A program made the translations under genes and the position numbers. This document shows, piece after piece, positions 11,186 through 24,999 of a DNA stretch of 64,000 nt (position 1 is the stretch's first letter; each line of letters opens with the position of its first letter). The DNA is taken from NCBI RefSeq assembly GCF_026151205.1, contig NC_087073.1:19356658-19420657 (forward strand). The letters run 5' to 3'. The notes under the pieces are model-generated. The model made no database searches. It saw only the letters and a program-made list of their open reading frames with translations, and had not been told where the DNA came from. The stretch is from Bolinopsis microptera. Its lineage: Eukaryota.

Positions 11186-11946
11186 CTCTGAGGATTGCTG
11201 TATTATTCCCTTGGTGTACTTGTAAGTCTTTGGGGATAGTAGCAGGTAGGTTATAAACCTATAACCACTTCGTTAAATTGATGCAATGCACTACCGGTGA
11301 CTAGGCCGGGCACCAAGCTTCAAAGGATTAACATTGTCAATCAACTCTCTCTCTCTCTCTGTTCTGGTCAACAGTTTCTGGCCTCCTACTTAAAGAGGGA
11401 GGTCTTATCACCGTGCCCATAGAATGCAACTCCTGCTAGCTACATGCAGTGGTGTAACGTTGCCTGTTAGCGCCCCCCGCCGAAAAGGCGCCCCCTCCCC
11501 TTTTGGTACCCCTCCCTAAAATTGAACAAATTAGGTGATTTTAGAGGATACGCCGGTAAAATCTCTAAAAGTTAAGTTTTCGAAATTGTCCCACATTCAA
11601 ACGACGATTTGGCGCCCCCTAAGACGGCGCCCCCTGCACAGCGGGGTCAGCGGGGCCCTTCGTTACGCCACTGGCTACATGCCAGGACTCCCAAAGTATA
11701 TACGAATTACGAAATCATAAAATAATAAATATCAATGCAACAGACCTCTGGAGTCTTGAAGCTGTCACTACCTGTCTCAGAGCAAACCCACTTCCAATGT
11801 AGTAATTCAGTGGGCAGACAAAGGACTTCCGAGCAAGGCCATCTCCTGGAATTGGTGCTTCTATTAGGTTTTTTCCTGGAATTATGTTATTTCCTGATGT
11901 GATTTCCTGGAATTTAGGTTATTTCCTGATGTTAAATCCTAGAAGG

Positions 11947-12162
11947 TTACACAAAGAGATCTTCCTTTTCTAATCTTTTTGACTGTTCCACAAATTTTAT
12001 GATGTGGTTGATTTTGCTGTTGATAATTTCCTCCATTGTGAGAAGAGGTCTACCAAATATCCTCATTCTGATAGTCATCAGCTGTACACATTCACAGAGG
12101 AAGTGCTGTGAAGTTTCTGCTTCTCCTTGGCAGTGTTCGTCAATCAACTCATCAACCATCAA
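11947..12162 (-). mobile_element. LINE ORF2 C-terminal tail fragment (second copy)
   Basis: HCQGEAETSQHFLCECVQL shows the same C-terminal ORF2 motif. Confidence 0.45.
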
Positions 12163-15100
12163 CCATGTTATTTCAAATAGTCACCATACGTTGCAGTTTT
12201 GTGAAATTTAGAAAGAAAATGTTAAGTTTAAATTATTGAAACTATGATTATGAGTTATGAGTTGAGTAAAAACAGTATTGAGGAATCGTTATACATGATT
12301 TGATAATACAATAAAACTTTGTATGCCGAGTTCTCTAGTAAGAGGAAAAGTGAACGGTACAGAAAATTACTCACAATCTTATTCGATCAACACTAGTATC
12401 TGTAGCCCCTTAAATAAATAACCTGTCAAGTGGGCATTATATTATATAAACACGTGCTGTGACAAATAAAATAGTGATGTAATAACCTTTTCTGGTCACA
12501 TATTTTGCTCATTAACATAAAATTATATACATCATCAAAATTAATGTAGTGACATGTTTAACACTTAATATCCATACAAACAGAACAAGAAATATTGTAA
12601 GACATATAAAACAGAACATTCATCATTTTTGAAAGATAATTGAATTGTGTACAATAAGATTGTTTAATATTAATTAATATCCATTATCCATTTACTATCG
12701 ATTTTTATTTTTAACTGCCCCTAAGAGAGATTTCCATTTGTTTGTCACATCTTCTGATGCTCTTCTTCTGTACGATATGGTTTTCCATGCTTTTGACCAA
12801 CGTTCTGATTTTTGCGGTGTCTGCAGCTGGGGTTCTGGATCTAACAAAAAATTGTTATGTCAGCCATTAATATCGAATTGTTTTGTTAAAGTATTAGTGT
12901 TTTTGCAATTAAAAGGTATTTCTTAAAATTAACCATGTACCTGTTTGCTTTTTTGGCATCTGACATGGGTCAGATGCTGTGAATCATAGCTCAATGAATT
13001 GAACTAATTACACAAATAAACCAGGTTTGTGAGGGTTTTGAGTTTTCCTTTGCACAAGTTGAGATGCTATTTGTCTCTGCTTCACAACCATTCCAGCTGA
13101 TTTCCACAAGTTATTTTTCAAATCTGTACCCTCTATCTTCTAGAAATGATAATTTAATTAGTGAGCTTTAGAAATGAAAGGAATTTTGTAACAAATTTCC
13201 TAATAAGAAAGTGTAATGTTATGATCTGCATTGATGTATTTGTGACTATTATCTACTGGTAATCTCATTCTATACAAGTCAAACGATTCGATTTGTCATT
13301 TGATGTGACAAGTTTCAATGTTATGTGTGGATGGGTAAAAATTAATTACAAAGCATGACCATGTAATCGTAAGTGCTGACTAGGAGTACAACTATATGAT
13401 CACCTCAGCACTGTTTGTCTCTAATATATTTAATTAACAGATCGCATGATATCGTTTTAAGAAGGGCTTAGTTCTATTGGCAGTAAGTTTATGGTTTCAG
13501 GTAAAAATATATCTAGCTCATATTTTGCCATTTGCTCAAAGTTTCATGAGAGCGCATCCCAAATATTATGCAGTCTGCTAAGTAGTATTCAATCTTAACT
13601 TTTCGTCACAAGCTCAACGCAGAAACGTTTTCTGTTAACCAACAACATAGAGCTAATTATGTGTAACTAAATCTAATTTAAAAAACTGGATGCTCTTACC
13701 CTGTCATCTGAAGGACCCTTATCTTGCATTTTGATGATATTAGATCTCTGAGATCTGGTAGACGAGGGCTCCATCACTAAAACTCGCCTTTGGAAACGAA
13801 TAGCTGGCAGCATCCTCTTACTTGCAACCTGATTGTACAACAAATGTACAATGTACAAGAAATGTTAGGAGATGAAGAGTGGTCAAATTATTGCTCCATT
13901 AGCTTATATCCGAGTTTTGTACTAAATCGAAATTCGTTGTACCGGTTTACAATAATTAGTAATCACAAAAATTTGTACTTTTAAACCTTCCAATTTTCAT
14001 TGCTTGCTGATGCAGGTGTCGCAGCTCTTGAGTCACCAGTTTTAATTGTGTTATCATATTTCTGAAATAATACTCTATTTCATATTTCGGTAGTTAAAGG
14101 AAAACAGTGCCGCAATTATATTTAAAAAAAGAAGTAAATAGATAAGGTATCCAGTTGTATAGGAAATATAAAACTTGAACTACCGAATCACAGAAAAATA
14201 ACAGTTTATTAAAACATGCCAATACGTCACATTAAACCTTTTTGCTAGTTTAATTCTTTAAAAGCTTTTTTCTGTGGAAGTAAAAGAATAGATTCAAGTC
14301 GATTTTAAAACTAATTAATTCAGCACCTCTGGACAGATCTAATCGACCTTACAACATCTTCTGACAATTGAAAAATTTATGTCGTCCTCATTTCACTCAG
14401 ATTAAACAATATACATATACATTACTTCTCTACCAATACCCAGGATTCCTAATACCAACCTAAAACCATGATGCCTTATATCTACCTAAACTTTCACGAT
14501 GATCCGACACACAAACTATGATAACAATAACGAGACAATTCTTTACTATCAAGACGAAATATGATTAACCTCGAGTGGTTTTACAATGCTAAACACCTCT
14601 ACACAATTTCACTGTAATTAAATACTGATTAAAGATCTGTGCGCATTCCTGGCATTAATCTCACGAATTATCTTCTTCTTTTTTGTACTCTACAACCCCG
14701 TACAAATGCCACAAATCCTTAATCAATAATTATAATCGCTTGCTATAGATAACGATATTATATATTTTGATAATTGAAAGTTTTCGGTATCTTTAAATTG
14801 ACTATATCTAAATATAAAATTAATAAAATATGTAATTGATAAAATATGTTTAATAAATTGTGTTTATAATTATGGTACATTGTTATTATATTTATATTTT
14901 AGGCTGTAAACTTATTAGTCCAATGGAATAAACCTAGCATGCCTTGGTTGCAGCATCGCTTCACTTATAGGTGCATATAGGGCCCGATATAATTGGTATT
15001 ACCAGTTTACTGGTCAACTGGTGTTTCGGTGTCCCTAATTTTGTTTACACTCGGTCACTTGTCAAGGCATGTAAGGTCATTCAGCGAATTTTCTTTGAAA

Positions 15101-16205
15101 TAAAATGATGTATTTGTGTAACTATCTGGATTCTGGTCCCTAAATAAGCTATTTCAGCCTTGAAATCTCGAATGTAGACGTTTGAAAAAAATACTGAAAG
15201 ATCGCAGAAAGTGCACTATAAACAGCTGCTATGAGATATTTCCTGCTTCTTTCCAAGAAAATGGGTCATAACTCTTATCCCCAAGTAGTTACGGGTCTGT
15301 TAGAAAATCACCACAGAAAATTTCATGCATGATCTGTGTCGGTAATTTTGATCCTGTTGCCTATTAAAACTGAATTAAACTGACCGAGTGAATTGTAGAA
15401 GGCTTCCTCTGAACAACTCTTAACAGTCTGTTCTGCTCGCCAGATATCGAAGAACAGCTGGAATGATGACTATCACTACTTTGGGATGAGATCTTGCTAC
15501 TGCTAGTTTTTTCTTTGTCATTGGTGGTGTCCACTTTTTGATTGTAGACTTCTTCTGCCATAATAAACCTGTAATAAATGATCGAGTTGATTGCTAAAAG
15601 TTGGGTTATTTTAATGTCGTGCCATAACAATTAGATAATTCAACGCTACAGGTAAATTTAGTTGAGTCCACTAATTAACAAAGAAAGATGTGCCGACATA
15701 TAAAATAACGCTTAACTTCTCGTTGTACCCACATTAATTTGTACCCACACAGTTTTAAATTAAAAACTGTGTTTTGTCAGTCTAGTGTGGGTGTATGATT
15801 AATAAACCCAAGAAGAGGTGATGTGACGTGAGTAAAAGCACATAATTTACATTTAGAATAGATTACATAATTAGAATAGATTGTTTGTAACGAAGTATAA
15901 TATTTATTCAAATTCCTGCACAAGTCATAAAATATTCATAAATCATAATATTGAATTCCTGGTAATGTGACGAAGCATAGAAATATTACGCAAATGTAAT
16001 ATTATCACAGACTTGTAATAAGTTAAAGCATCCAACAAACTACATAAAGACATGATCTAACCGAAACCAATGCTAAAACCCCTCGCTAGTAACCTTATCA
16101 ACACTTCAACAAAATTACAACGAGGCATAACTTAATTTTCAGCGCGCTTCACTCAACGCTACATTGAATACTTGGAGCACATTTCGTTCGTCAGTATTTT
16201 GCAAG

Positions 16206-16832
16206 ATGTTTAATATTATAATTGTCTCCGCCCTGACTTTGTCCTTCATACTGCCTGTGACAAGCGAAGAGTTGACTGCTCTCAAATTCGGAGATGATGG
16301 CTACAGTCTAATCTCGTTACAACCTAACATGTCACCACTTACTGACAAGTTTACAGTTTGTCTTTGGTTTAAAAATGTATTTGCATGACTACAGAGGTGA
16401 CAATCGTCTGTTTGGAGCATATAAATCCCTTCCTAGTGAGTTCATAACTCCAATGAGAGTATGGACCCACTATTGTGGAACATGGAGTGTTGCTTCAAGG
16501 ACGTACCGAGCCTACATCAACGGTAAACTAGCTTACTAGCTGGTTTCCAGATCACAGCCTCTGGAAGAACATTGAAAACAGGTGGAACTCTGGTGTTGGG
16601 AGATTATAGAGATACTGCAGTTTCCGGTCACCACTTTGGTGGTGATATGTTTAGGTTCAACTTCTTCTCCAAAGAGTTAACTGGGACTGAAGTTGCAGCA
16701 ATGTCAACAGATGGGCTCTGTACAAAGATCCCTGAGGAGCTGGAACAATACAGGACAATCAGATGGGAGGGTATTGTGAAACTTCCCAGACGTGGAAACG
16801 TTCAAGATATCGACAGTGGATGTTCTTTTTAA
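16206..16832 (+). pseudogene. Secreted pentraxin-domain gene, single exon, with two frameshifts. It is either a recent pseudogene or an assembly error.
   Basis: Signal peptide MFNIIIVSALTLSFILPVTS. Pentraxin signatures FTVCLWFK (CRP FTVCLHF) and HDYRGDNRLFGAY (CRP STRGYSIFSY). CGTWSVASRTYRAYINGK (CRP CTSWESASGIVEFWVDGK) and HFGGDMF (CRP SFGGNFE) lie in three successive frames. The frame breaks sit at a TTTAAAAATG homopolymer (~16373) and at an 8-bp tandem duplication CTAGCTTA-CTAGCT (~16520). Confidence 0.55.
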
Positions 16833-19815
16833 TTGTACTAAACCCAAAGAAGATTCAAGAAAGATATTGTAATTTGATAGAATGTTCTACAGTCACATTG
16901 GTATCTGTTACACCAACTTTGAATTCGTGATTGTGGTGTTTGAAGTTTTATTTTATATATTCACTACTTCAGGAGTTTATCAGTGAAAAAGACACTCTTA
17001 GGCTCAGTCTGAACAACACACAAGCAGAACTGCTCAAGTTACAGAAACTGTTTAATTCTAGCCAGGAGGAGTTACGGACGGTGAAGAGAAATCTCTTATC
17101 TACGACAGAGGAACTCAATGGCACTAAGATTAGTCTCGAAGAAACAGCACTCAAATGGAATGAAACAAGAATGAGGCTAGAGAATACAACCGTAGAATTG
17201 AATGAAACTAGGACCAAACTAGATGACGCAACTCTAAAACATTCAGGGTGTACTGTAAGTAGAACGGAACTTTTAAAAACCAAATTATTATATTATAGAT
17301 CTATGAATTTTATACAGGTTCTTTATATAAATGGCAATAAAAACCAATTACATTTTGGTTACTGGGAATCGGCTTGAAAAACTACAGAAATGTTACAAAA
17401 CTTTTCAGGAGAGGCTGAATGAGGCGCAGAGAAACTAAAGAAATGTTACAAAACTTTTCAGGAGAGGCTGAATGAGGCGCAGAGAAATTTTCGCTCAAAA
17501 GAAGAGGAACTCAATGAAACAAAAGTTGAACTAAAAAGCACTCGAACTATTTGAAATTAAAGCTGAGCTCGGGGACACAGAGTTGGAACTGGTTGGAACA
17601 AAACTAGAAGTGAAGAATGTCAGTGAGACTAAATGTGCGCTGCAAAAAGGATTCCTGACGAAATGGGACGTCCTGTACTCTTGTGATTACTACAACAAGA
17701 CTTTTACCCTCCGGCTATATAGACAGCTACAGACAACGTGGGCCTCCCTTACTCGTAAGAATTAATTCTTTTCATCAAATGTCTAGATACTCTGTTACAT
17801 CCGATTTAATATTCTATAACGTAGGACTATCAAATTTCATGTTTCCTATGAAATTGACTACATAAAAGGGGCTCACATTTTTCGAGCCCGCCTTATCTAC
17901 AAACATTTCCTAACAATCAGCATTAGGTATGTCAATATAAAATTCCCACTATTTCAGGCAGAATATTGGGTATGACTATCACTGACAATCTCATTGAATT
18001 CATCAAAGATATAGATGAAGAAAACAGCTGTGATGATTACTCCTAAAATAAATTGCGATACGTCGCACTTTGTTCAGTATTAAATCTAAAGTAAGCGTGA
18101 TTTAACGTTACCGAAACTCTTTATAATTTTAATTGAGACACCGTAATTACCAAACATTTTTGTGTCAAACTTTGGGATCAATAAATTTGAGTACCAAAAA
18201 TGTTTGCATGAAATTTGGACTTGTTTAGATATGAAGTAATTTTGCTCTTATATTATAATATTAATGATATTTTATCAGTCTTGGATTATCAAAATCATAA
18301 AAGTATCTAAAGATAAAGAAAAAGACAATAGTATCTTATCTCATTTAGATATAGTGTCGAAGGCAGTCAAGGAACTAATACATCGAAGGCAGTGGATGAC
18401 AAACTGATTAATTTTAGGCATATTGTGGACAAATAATTTTTCTAGGCAGGACTACTCGTTAATTCCCTACAGTATACACATCAAACCACAACCATTGGTC
18501 CAATACGCTGACTATCACACAATTTGTTTTGAGGAAATCCTTTTTCCTATATCATTGAGTCTGTTTGATAAACCTGGCCAGTGGCCAGAGCCCAGAAAAC
18601 ACTATTTATAATTATATCGGATGTATTTCGAGCTCAGCACGCTGAATCGATAAAAGTCAGTTCAAGATGTGATGGCGGCGAACAACAGCCTATCTACAGA
18701 ACGTTCGCCCAAACTTTTGATCGCCCAAATTTGTGGGAACTTAGGTTATAGGTAATCAGGGTTCAGGGTATCCTTTACCCATTTATCTCACCTGAAAGCT
18801 TCTGCAACTCTACGATCAAGGTTTTTAGATGGTTTAGGAATGTTATTGAGTGTTTTCTGGATATGGAGCTGTTGTCGTTGTGTAACGAGTGTTGTTCTCC
18901 TCAGCTGGTTTTCCAGGTGGTTCAGTCTGGATTGTAGCAATCTCTCTTCCATCAAGTTGTGATACTTCGGACCTGGACAAGGGTAAATGTCTAGTAATGC
19001 CATGCTTACCATATTCAAAAAGGAAGATTTTATACGATAAAGAGGAATCATTCCGTTGTACTTGTAGTTTTTAATTGTATTCGTAGACGAATAAAGTATA
19101 ACGGTATTTCGGTAATTTATCAGGTTTCAACTAGATATTTGCTACTAAAATCTATGATGTAATAATTTAAATTTGACGAATGCAGTGATATATCAGATAT
19201 TGTACCTTTAAGGCTGATGTCCGTTTCCCTGAGATGCACAGTGCAGTGTATGGGTGTCACTGCGTGATACGAGGCGCAAAATACAGACGGGTTCATTCTT
19301 AAAACCAAAACTTCAATATTTAAAAGTCAAAAGGAAGCTTTAATAACCGCAAATAGAACAAAAATCACTCACAGCTACTTAAAACGTCAATTTTCTCAGC
19401 ATTGGTGAGCGGCACGTTATTGAAGACGAACTGCTTGATATTGCTGTTTAAACTTACCGATATACGGATCAATTCAGCAGATATTATAACGTCGTTCGAC
19501 AGATATTTCAAGCAAGAAAGTTAGGTTAAAACGGACGGCAGAAAGCACTACAACGTTGTGATGAGAAATCACGTCAAAGATTATTATTGCTTGTCATGAT
19601 AATATTGCCCGAGATTAAAGACAGTACCGATACGTGCTAGTGTTTGATGTAATGCGTCTGGTGTCTCTGTACTTGCTCGTGAATGGTGGTTTTAATAAGT
19701 AATTAATGAGTCTGTAAGTAGAAAAGGTCGGGTGAATTGGAGTCGTGTGATAGTGTGATGTGTGCACGACATCAAGACGATGGGTAATTACATGGAGTAA
19801 TCTGCCCTGGTATAT

Positions 19816-19935
19816 AGTGGGATAGAGAGTAAAGATAAGATAGAGTAAAGATAAGATAGAGTAAAGATAAGATAGAGTAAAGATAAGATAGAGTAAAGAT
19901 AGGATAGAGTAAAGATAAGATAGAGTAAAGATAAG
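19816..19935. repeat. 16-bp tandem repeat GAGTAAAGATAAGATA, ~8 copies
   Basis: Direct reading. Overlapping ORF 19615-19977 is a translation artefact. Confidence 0.85.
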
Positions 19936-20823
19936 ATCTACACAAAAACAGGTATGTTCGTCATGTAATTTTGTCATTAGGATTCATCTGGTAATTATGC
20001 AGACGGAATGTCAAATTTTAAAAATGCTTGTAATTAGAGCTTGTTTTTAACTATGATCTTAGTGGCAATTGTCTCGGGTGGCATATTTTAATTCTTATCT
20101 TATCTTATCTTATGAGGATTCGTTGCGACGCAACAAGGCCATCGAATGAGTCGACCACCTTTGTTATTTTACTTCGGCATTACCTGCATTACAATGTAAA
20201 CCAGCACGTTCAAGGAAGAGCTTTACAAGAAGCCGAAGGATCGTTCCTAAGGCCAGCGACGGTTAAGGCACTTTTTAAGAATTGAAACTTTTGATTTGAA
20301 AGGTGCCAGGTAAGTCAGAATTCTTAAATAAATCAAGTCAAATGTCAGGTTGTATTTACACAGCAAATGAAACTACATTCAACATTCCATAAGTCAAAAT
20401 ACACTGTCGTATTCATTAGGGACCTTAATCTGCGTATCAAACTTTATCTTACTTATTAGATTTATTAACAGGAAAAGGTTCCCTTGAATCCTTCACTTTC
20501 CTTTAATCCTTCACTTTCCTTTAATCTTTCACTTCCATTCAATCTTTCACCTCAGTTTGATCTGCTTATTTTTGCAGATATGAAAATTAACAAAATATAT
20601 CGTCGAACATAGCAACTGCAAATGAACTAAATGACAAACATTTTTCTAAATATTCAAATATAAATGAGCTATAATCCAGAGTTTGAGTCAGTGAAACGCC
20701 TTTGAGCCAGTGGCTGACATCTCTTTTGTAACTGGACTCCTGTTAAGAATTTGCCACATTTCTATCGTAAATATTATTCAAGTGAGCCATTAATCTAGAT
20801 ACAATTGCTGCTAAATCCCAATC

Positions 20824-20968
20824 ACGTGGCGGTGACGTCATGTGGTGGTGACGTCATGTGGTGGTGACGTCATGTGGCGGTGACGTCATGCGGTGGTGAC
20901 GTCATGTGGTGGAGACGTCATGTGGTGGTGACGTCATGTGGTGGTGACGTCATGTGGTGGTGACGTTG
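20824..20968. repeat. 16-bp tandem array GTGGTGACGTCATGTG, 9 units. Seven carry the perfect CRE palindrome TGACGTCA.
   Basis: Perfect TGACGTCA occurrences are 16 bp apart. One unit is a variant AGACGTCA and the last is truncated (TGACGTTG). A CACGTG E-box lies at 20823. Confidence 0.85.
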
Positions 20969-23656
20969 TTGTTATTGTTGTCTCCACCATGTGCTACCTC
21001 TATAAGGTTTAGAACACTGAGAAGTCGGTTAATCGCTGGTTTATTCGGAGTAGTTTCTGAGTTCTCTTCACTTTCCAACCCTGAAATTGTTTTTATTGTC
21101 TGCTTAATACACTGCATCTATAAAGTCAATTCGGCGAGTTTATTTGGCTTGATTTAATCTAATTTTGTATGGCTCTGCGGATATGATTGAGTTCATTTTT
21201 GATTATACGACACTCTTTTGACACTCTTTTGACACTCTTTTGGCAAAATAATTCACCTAGATATTACATATCAAAGAAATTACTTACCAAGCCAAATAGA
21301 CTGTCGCCACTGTACTCAAAACAAATGATACAATAACGCCTTGAACCACACTAAGCATGTTAACCCCTAGGAAAATTCCAGTGGTAAAGACTTCAACATT
21401 TTGAAATGTTCACATGAAAAGTGCAAAATTTGTATTATCAACTAATTCATGTGCGAGGTATTTTACAAGGTTTATTCATGTGTGCATTCCTGCAGCTGCC
21501 AACCCAAAAAGAACGCCCACGTAAGATACATTTTACAGACCTTGAAGTTCAGTGATAGCAGGTGGAGGGGAGTCCAAAGATAGGCTCTTTCTGGGAGATA
21601 GAGGCTGATGTTTTGGGTTTCCTTGATCTCCATAGATAAGGACTTTGGAGAAAGGTGTTCAGGACTGTGCAGTGACATGCTCTGGGCTCGGGACCGATTC
21701 TGAGAGTTGTTGAGTTGTAAATATCTAGGCCACACATTTGTTTTGACGCAAACACGTGATGTCAAACACTATTTCCATTGCCAATATCTACAAATATGAC
21801 ATCTAAATTAATATACACTTTCCTAGCACTACCTCACTTAGCACTTACTAGATTTGTTTTCTTTGATTTCTTGAGAACAGCTCTGCGATTGACGACAGAC
21901 TTAAAGTGTCTGGTTTTAAAGGGCTCCTGTCCTCCCAAGTTCTCAACATCTCCCATATCAGCTGTTGATAGGAATGAGAAGGATTGTCGGAGTCGCTCCG
22001 CTTTCAGATACTTCGTCCTTGGGTCACATATGTTAAGATCAACCTGGCGTTCTGTTGATTTATTAAACTTAGTTGCTCAAATGCAAATGAATACAACTAG
22101 CGGCTAGTAAAAACTGAGATGAACGATGTTGAAAAACAGCCCAAAAACCTGAGGCAGTCTTTAGCGTTATAGAGTTGCGAGAAAATAGTTTGAATTTCAG
22201 CATCTGAGTTTAGAGGGTCTCTCCAATCACCCAGTACAATAGATCTGTGTGTCTTGCTACAACCTTGATCTGTTAAATATACGACACATTATTTATCATT
22301 CAACAAAAACAAAAGGTTTTAGATCGTATATCTGGAAAATTTTGCCATGATATGTCTCTGCCTATATTTCTTCACTTCAAATGAAGGCTTGCCTCACTTA
22401 CCAATAAGCGACCGAGCGGTGCAGCAGGACCATCTCTTACACTTGTAGGCTCCAGGATGGTAAAACTTGAGAGTCTTTGTGTTCTTTGAACAGGTCTTGC
22501 GGAGTGAGGATATCCACTCAGTTACCTCGTTCAATGTCTACAGAGGATTACTTTATATTATTGTATTTGTGACCAATATTATTGAAATATCATCAAATTT
22601 TGTTTTAATAAATAACAATAAAGGTGTACTTAAAATATACAACCCACCGAACCTTGAGTTTCATGTACAGAACAGAAGGACGCTCGTTATTCTTGGATAT
22701 CAGTATCTGTAGTATGTGTTTGTGTCCGAACACGTACTTATCCACTCTTTCCACCGAGGTGATATCACTGATAGCTATCAACTTAGTGCACCCTAGTGAC
22801 TGTCCCTGGAGATGTTGCATTAAGCGGGTCTTTTCAAATGGGGGCTGCTTCACGATTACATCCTTTGCAAAGTTTTCATCCTTATATGTTATGATTGGTG
22901 GCTTTTATTTCTTATTTGTACGCTCAAGCCTATTTTATATGACCTGATTCATACCCAACGAGCTTCCGTGATTATACTACGCCCTTATCTTTCTTTAGCA
23001 AAAAATACAACTTGCACGAAATTTATCAAAAATTCATAGTTATGAGAAATTATCTTAATCTGATAAAAACATGAAATTGGACGGCTTCCAAAAGCTGAAA
23101 AATCAGAAACTTGAGCTAAACTTACCGAAGATGCTTTAGAACCGTAGCTAAGTGCTGCGAAAGACAGAGAGAAGAAGCGTTTCTTGAATACTCGGACTGT
23201 TTGGGATTGTCCGAGACTAATCCGGTATTTCTCAGCCCACCCACTTTGTATTATCGTGGTGTGGGAGAAGAGATGTTGGGAGGTAGGGGTCGCTATCTTG
23301 GCGGGAGGGCTGCTGCCTGATAAATAGGCAATTGTTAACAACAAATATTATCTTGTTATCGTAATTTCAGTTATGAATTGTTGTATTGATAAGCTTAGTT
23401 AGGTACCCTCTTTAGAATTAGAGACACTACGATCCAATAAAGCCCGTTTGATTGGCAAAATATCGAGGGACCATCCTTAGATTGAATTTTGGAGCCAATG
23501 ACCGAATATCTACAATATAAAATTAAAGTACTCAGTAAAATAAAATATCATGATTAAGTCTGTCAGCCATCCTGCAGTATTATTATAAAGATGATGTAAT
23601 TTCGCCGCCACAATTTCAAAATTTCAAAATACTACAAATCCTGTCAGGCAACCATT

Positions 23657-23975
23657 AGCAGCTCCAATCTTACATTAGCAGCTCCAATCTTACATTAGCA
23701 GCTCCAATCTTACATTAGCAGCTCCAATCTTACATTAGCAGCTCCAATCTTACATTAGCAGCTCCAATCTTACATTAGCAGCTCCAATCTTACATTAGCA
23801 GCTCCAATCTTACATTAGCAGCTCCAATCTTACATTAGCAGCTCCAATCTTACATTAGCAGCTCCAATCTTACATTATCAGCTCCAATATTACATTAGCA
23901 GCTCCAATCTTACATTAGCAGCTCCAATCTTACATTAGCAGCTCCAATCTTACATTAGCAGCTCCAATCTTACAT
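23657..23975. repeat. 20-bp minisatellite TACATTAGCAGCTCCAATCT, ~16 copies
   Basis: Direct reading. Two variant units occur at ~23875. Confidence 0.9.
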
Positions 23976-24545
23976 TTGTAGATGGTCACAAGATTGCTGA
24001 TAAAGTGTCGAACGTTGTCTGTTTGCCTTTCTACAAAAGGGAGGAGGGGGAGCATGAAACTCTCCTTACACGGCTGAGCGCACATGTTACCTATCTGCTG
24101 CATCGCCTGAAACATATCAGAAGATAAAACACTACCAGAAATTAATAACAAGCAATTGCACAAAGTTTATTCCATTTAAGATAATAATAACGTATTTCGT
24201 TTGATCCATCCGTACAGAATAGTTGGGGGTAACCTATCATTATCTAACCTTAGCACAGAGCATAAGAGTACGAGATATTCTCATGTTAGGGTGATTGCTG
24301 TTTAGGTAGAACAGTTTAGGGTTCATTATTGCGGGAACGAAGAATCTCAGAAACACAAAACTGCTCACTGCCATATACTGTAGGTCCTGATGGTTGTAAT
24401 GGGGATACATGTTTAGAATTCATTCTGGTGAAATCTATGTTTCATATCGAAGAATGAAATCGCGATTTAAAATAAAAAGTGCGAGTCAAAAGTCGAGATG
24501 ATTTTGCCAGGTTTGATTTATCGTAAGAAAATATCTTAGACTTAC

Positions 24546-24714
24546 TGGATTTTCTGGGAATGTTCTATGAACAAGGTCAAATATCATGGCGCAAACTTTG
24601 CGAATACCAAAAGGACTAGCAGTCTTTGACTGCATTATACTGTTCACTATTTCCATCAGATACAGATTTATCTGTTTCGTACTCTGCTTCACTATCGCCT
24701 CTTTATTCAGTATC
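24546..24714 (-). CDS. RasGAP exon (GAP domain), phase 2 to 0
   Basis: Branch-point TACTAAC plus acceptor GCTTTCAG. It encodes ...EIVNSIMQSKTASPFGIRKVCAMIFDLVHRTFPENP (RasGAP KFPE motif). Donor GTAAGT. Further downstream exons (PH/BTK) were not resolved. Confidence 0.6.
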
Positions 24715-24999
24715 CTGAAAGCCTGAAGTTAGTAAAATCCGCTTTTATTTGGGGTAGCCATCAAAGACACATCTTCTTAAAACCAATTTAGAGCAATAAT
24801 CTTTATTAAAAAGAGGCAATATTGGAGTTACCTCAAATAGAAACTATCGCTCCATAAATACGACTCGACCTCAAAAAGCAGATCCCAATATAGTCTAAAC
24901 GGTAGATATTGTCATTAAAACAGGCCGAGGCCCGAGAGGCCCGAAAGGTCAGTCGCAAACTGCCAAATGATGCTCTATATATTCAATACCTACCCGTAC

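Noticed and set aside
11443-11690. GC-rich inverted-repeat pair (CTACATGCAGTGGTGTAACG / CGTTACGCCACTGGCTACATG) flanking GGCGCCCCC motifs
   Set aside because: The terminal match is short and imperfect. It may be a small MITE, but the evidence is too thin to call.
19615-19977. 120-aa minus-strand ORF
   Set aside because: It is a pure translation of the 16-bp tandem repeat (LSYLYSILSLLYLIFT repeated) and not a gene.
20824-23975. Regularly spaced short direct repeats (16-bp and 20-bp arrays) that could be mistaken for CRISPR arrays
   Set aside because: The units are directly adjacent with no unique spacers. The sequence context is eukaryotic, with spliced genes and LINEs. These are minisatellites.
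23930-24163. Further RasGAP exon at 23930-24163
   Set aside because: The only acceptor-donor pair in frame would give a 16-nt micro-exon and no RasGAP-like motif, so it was left unannotated.
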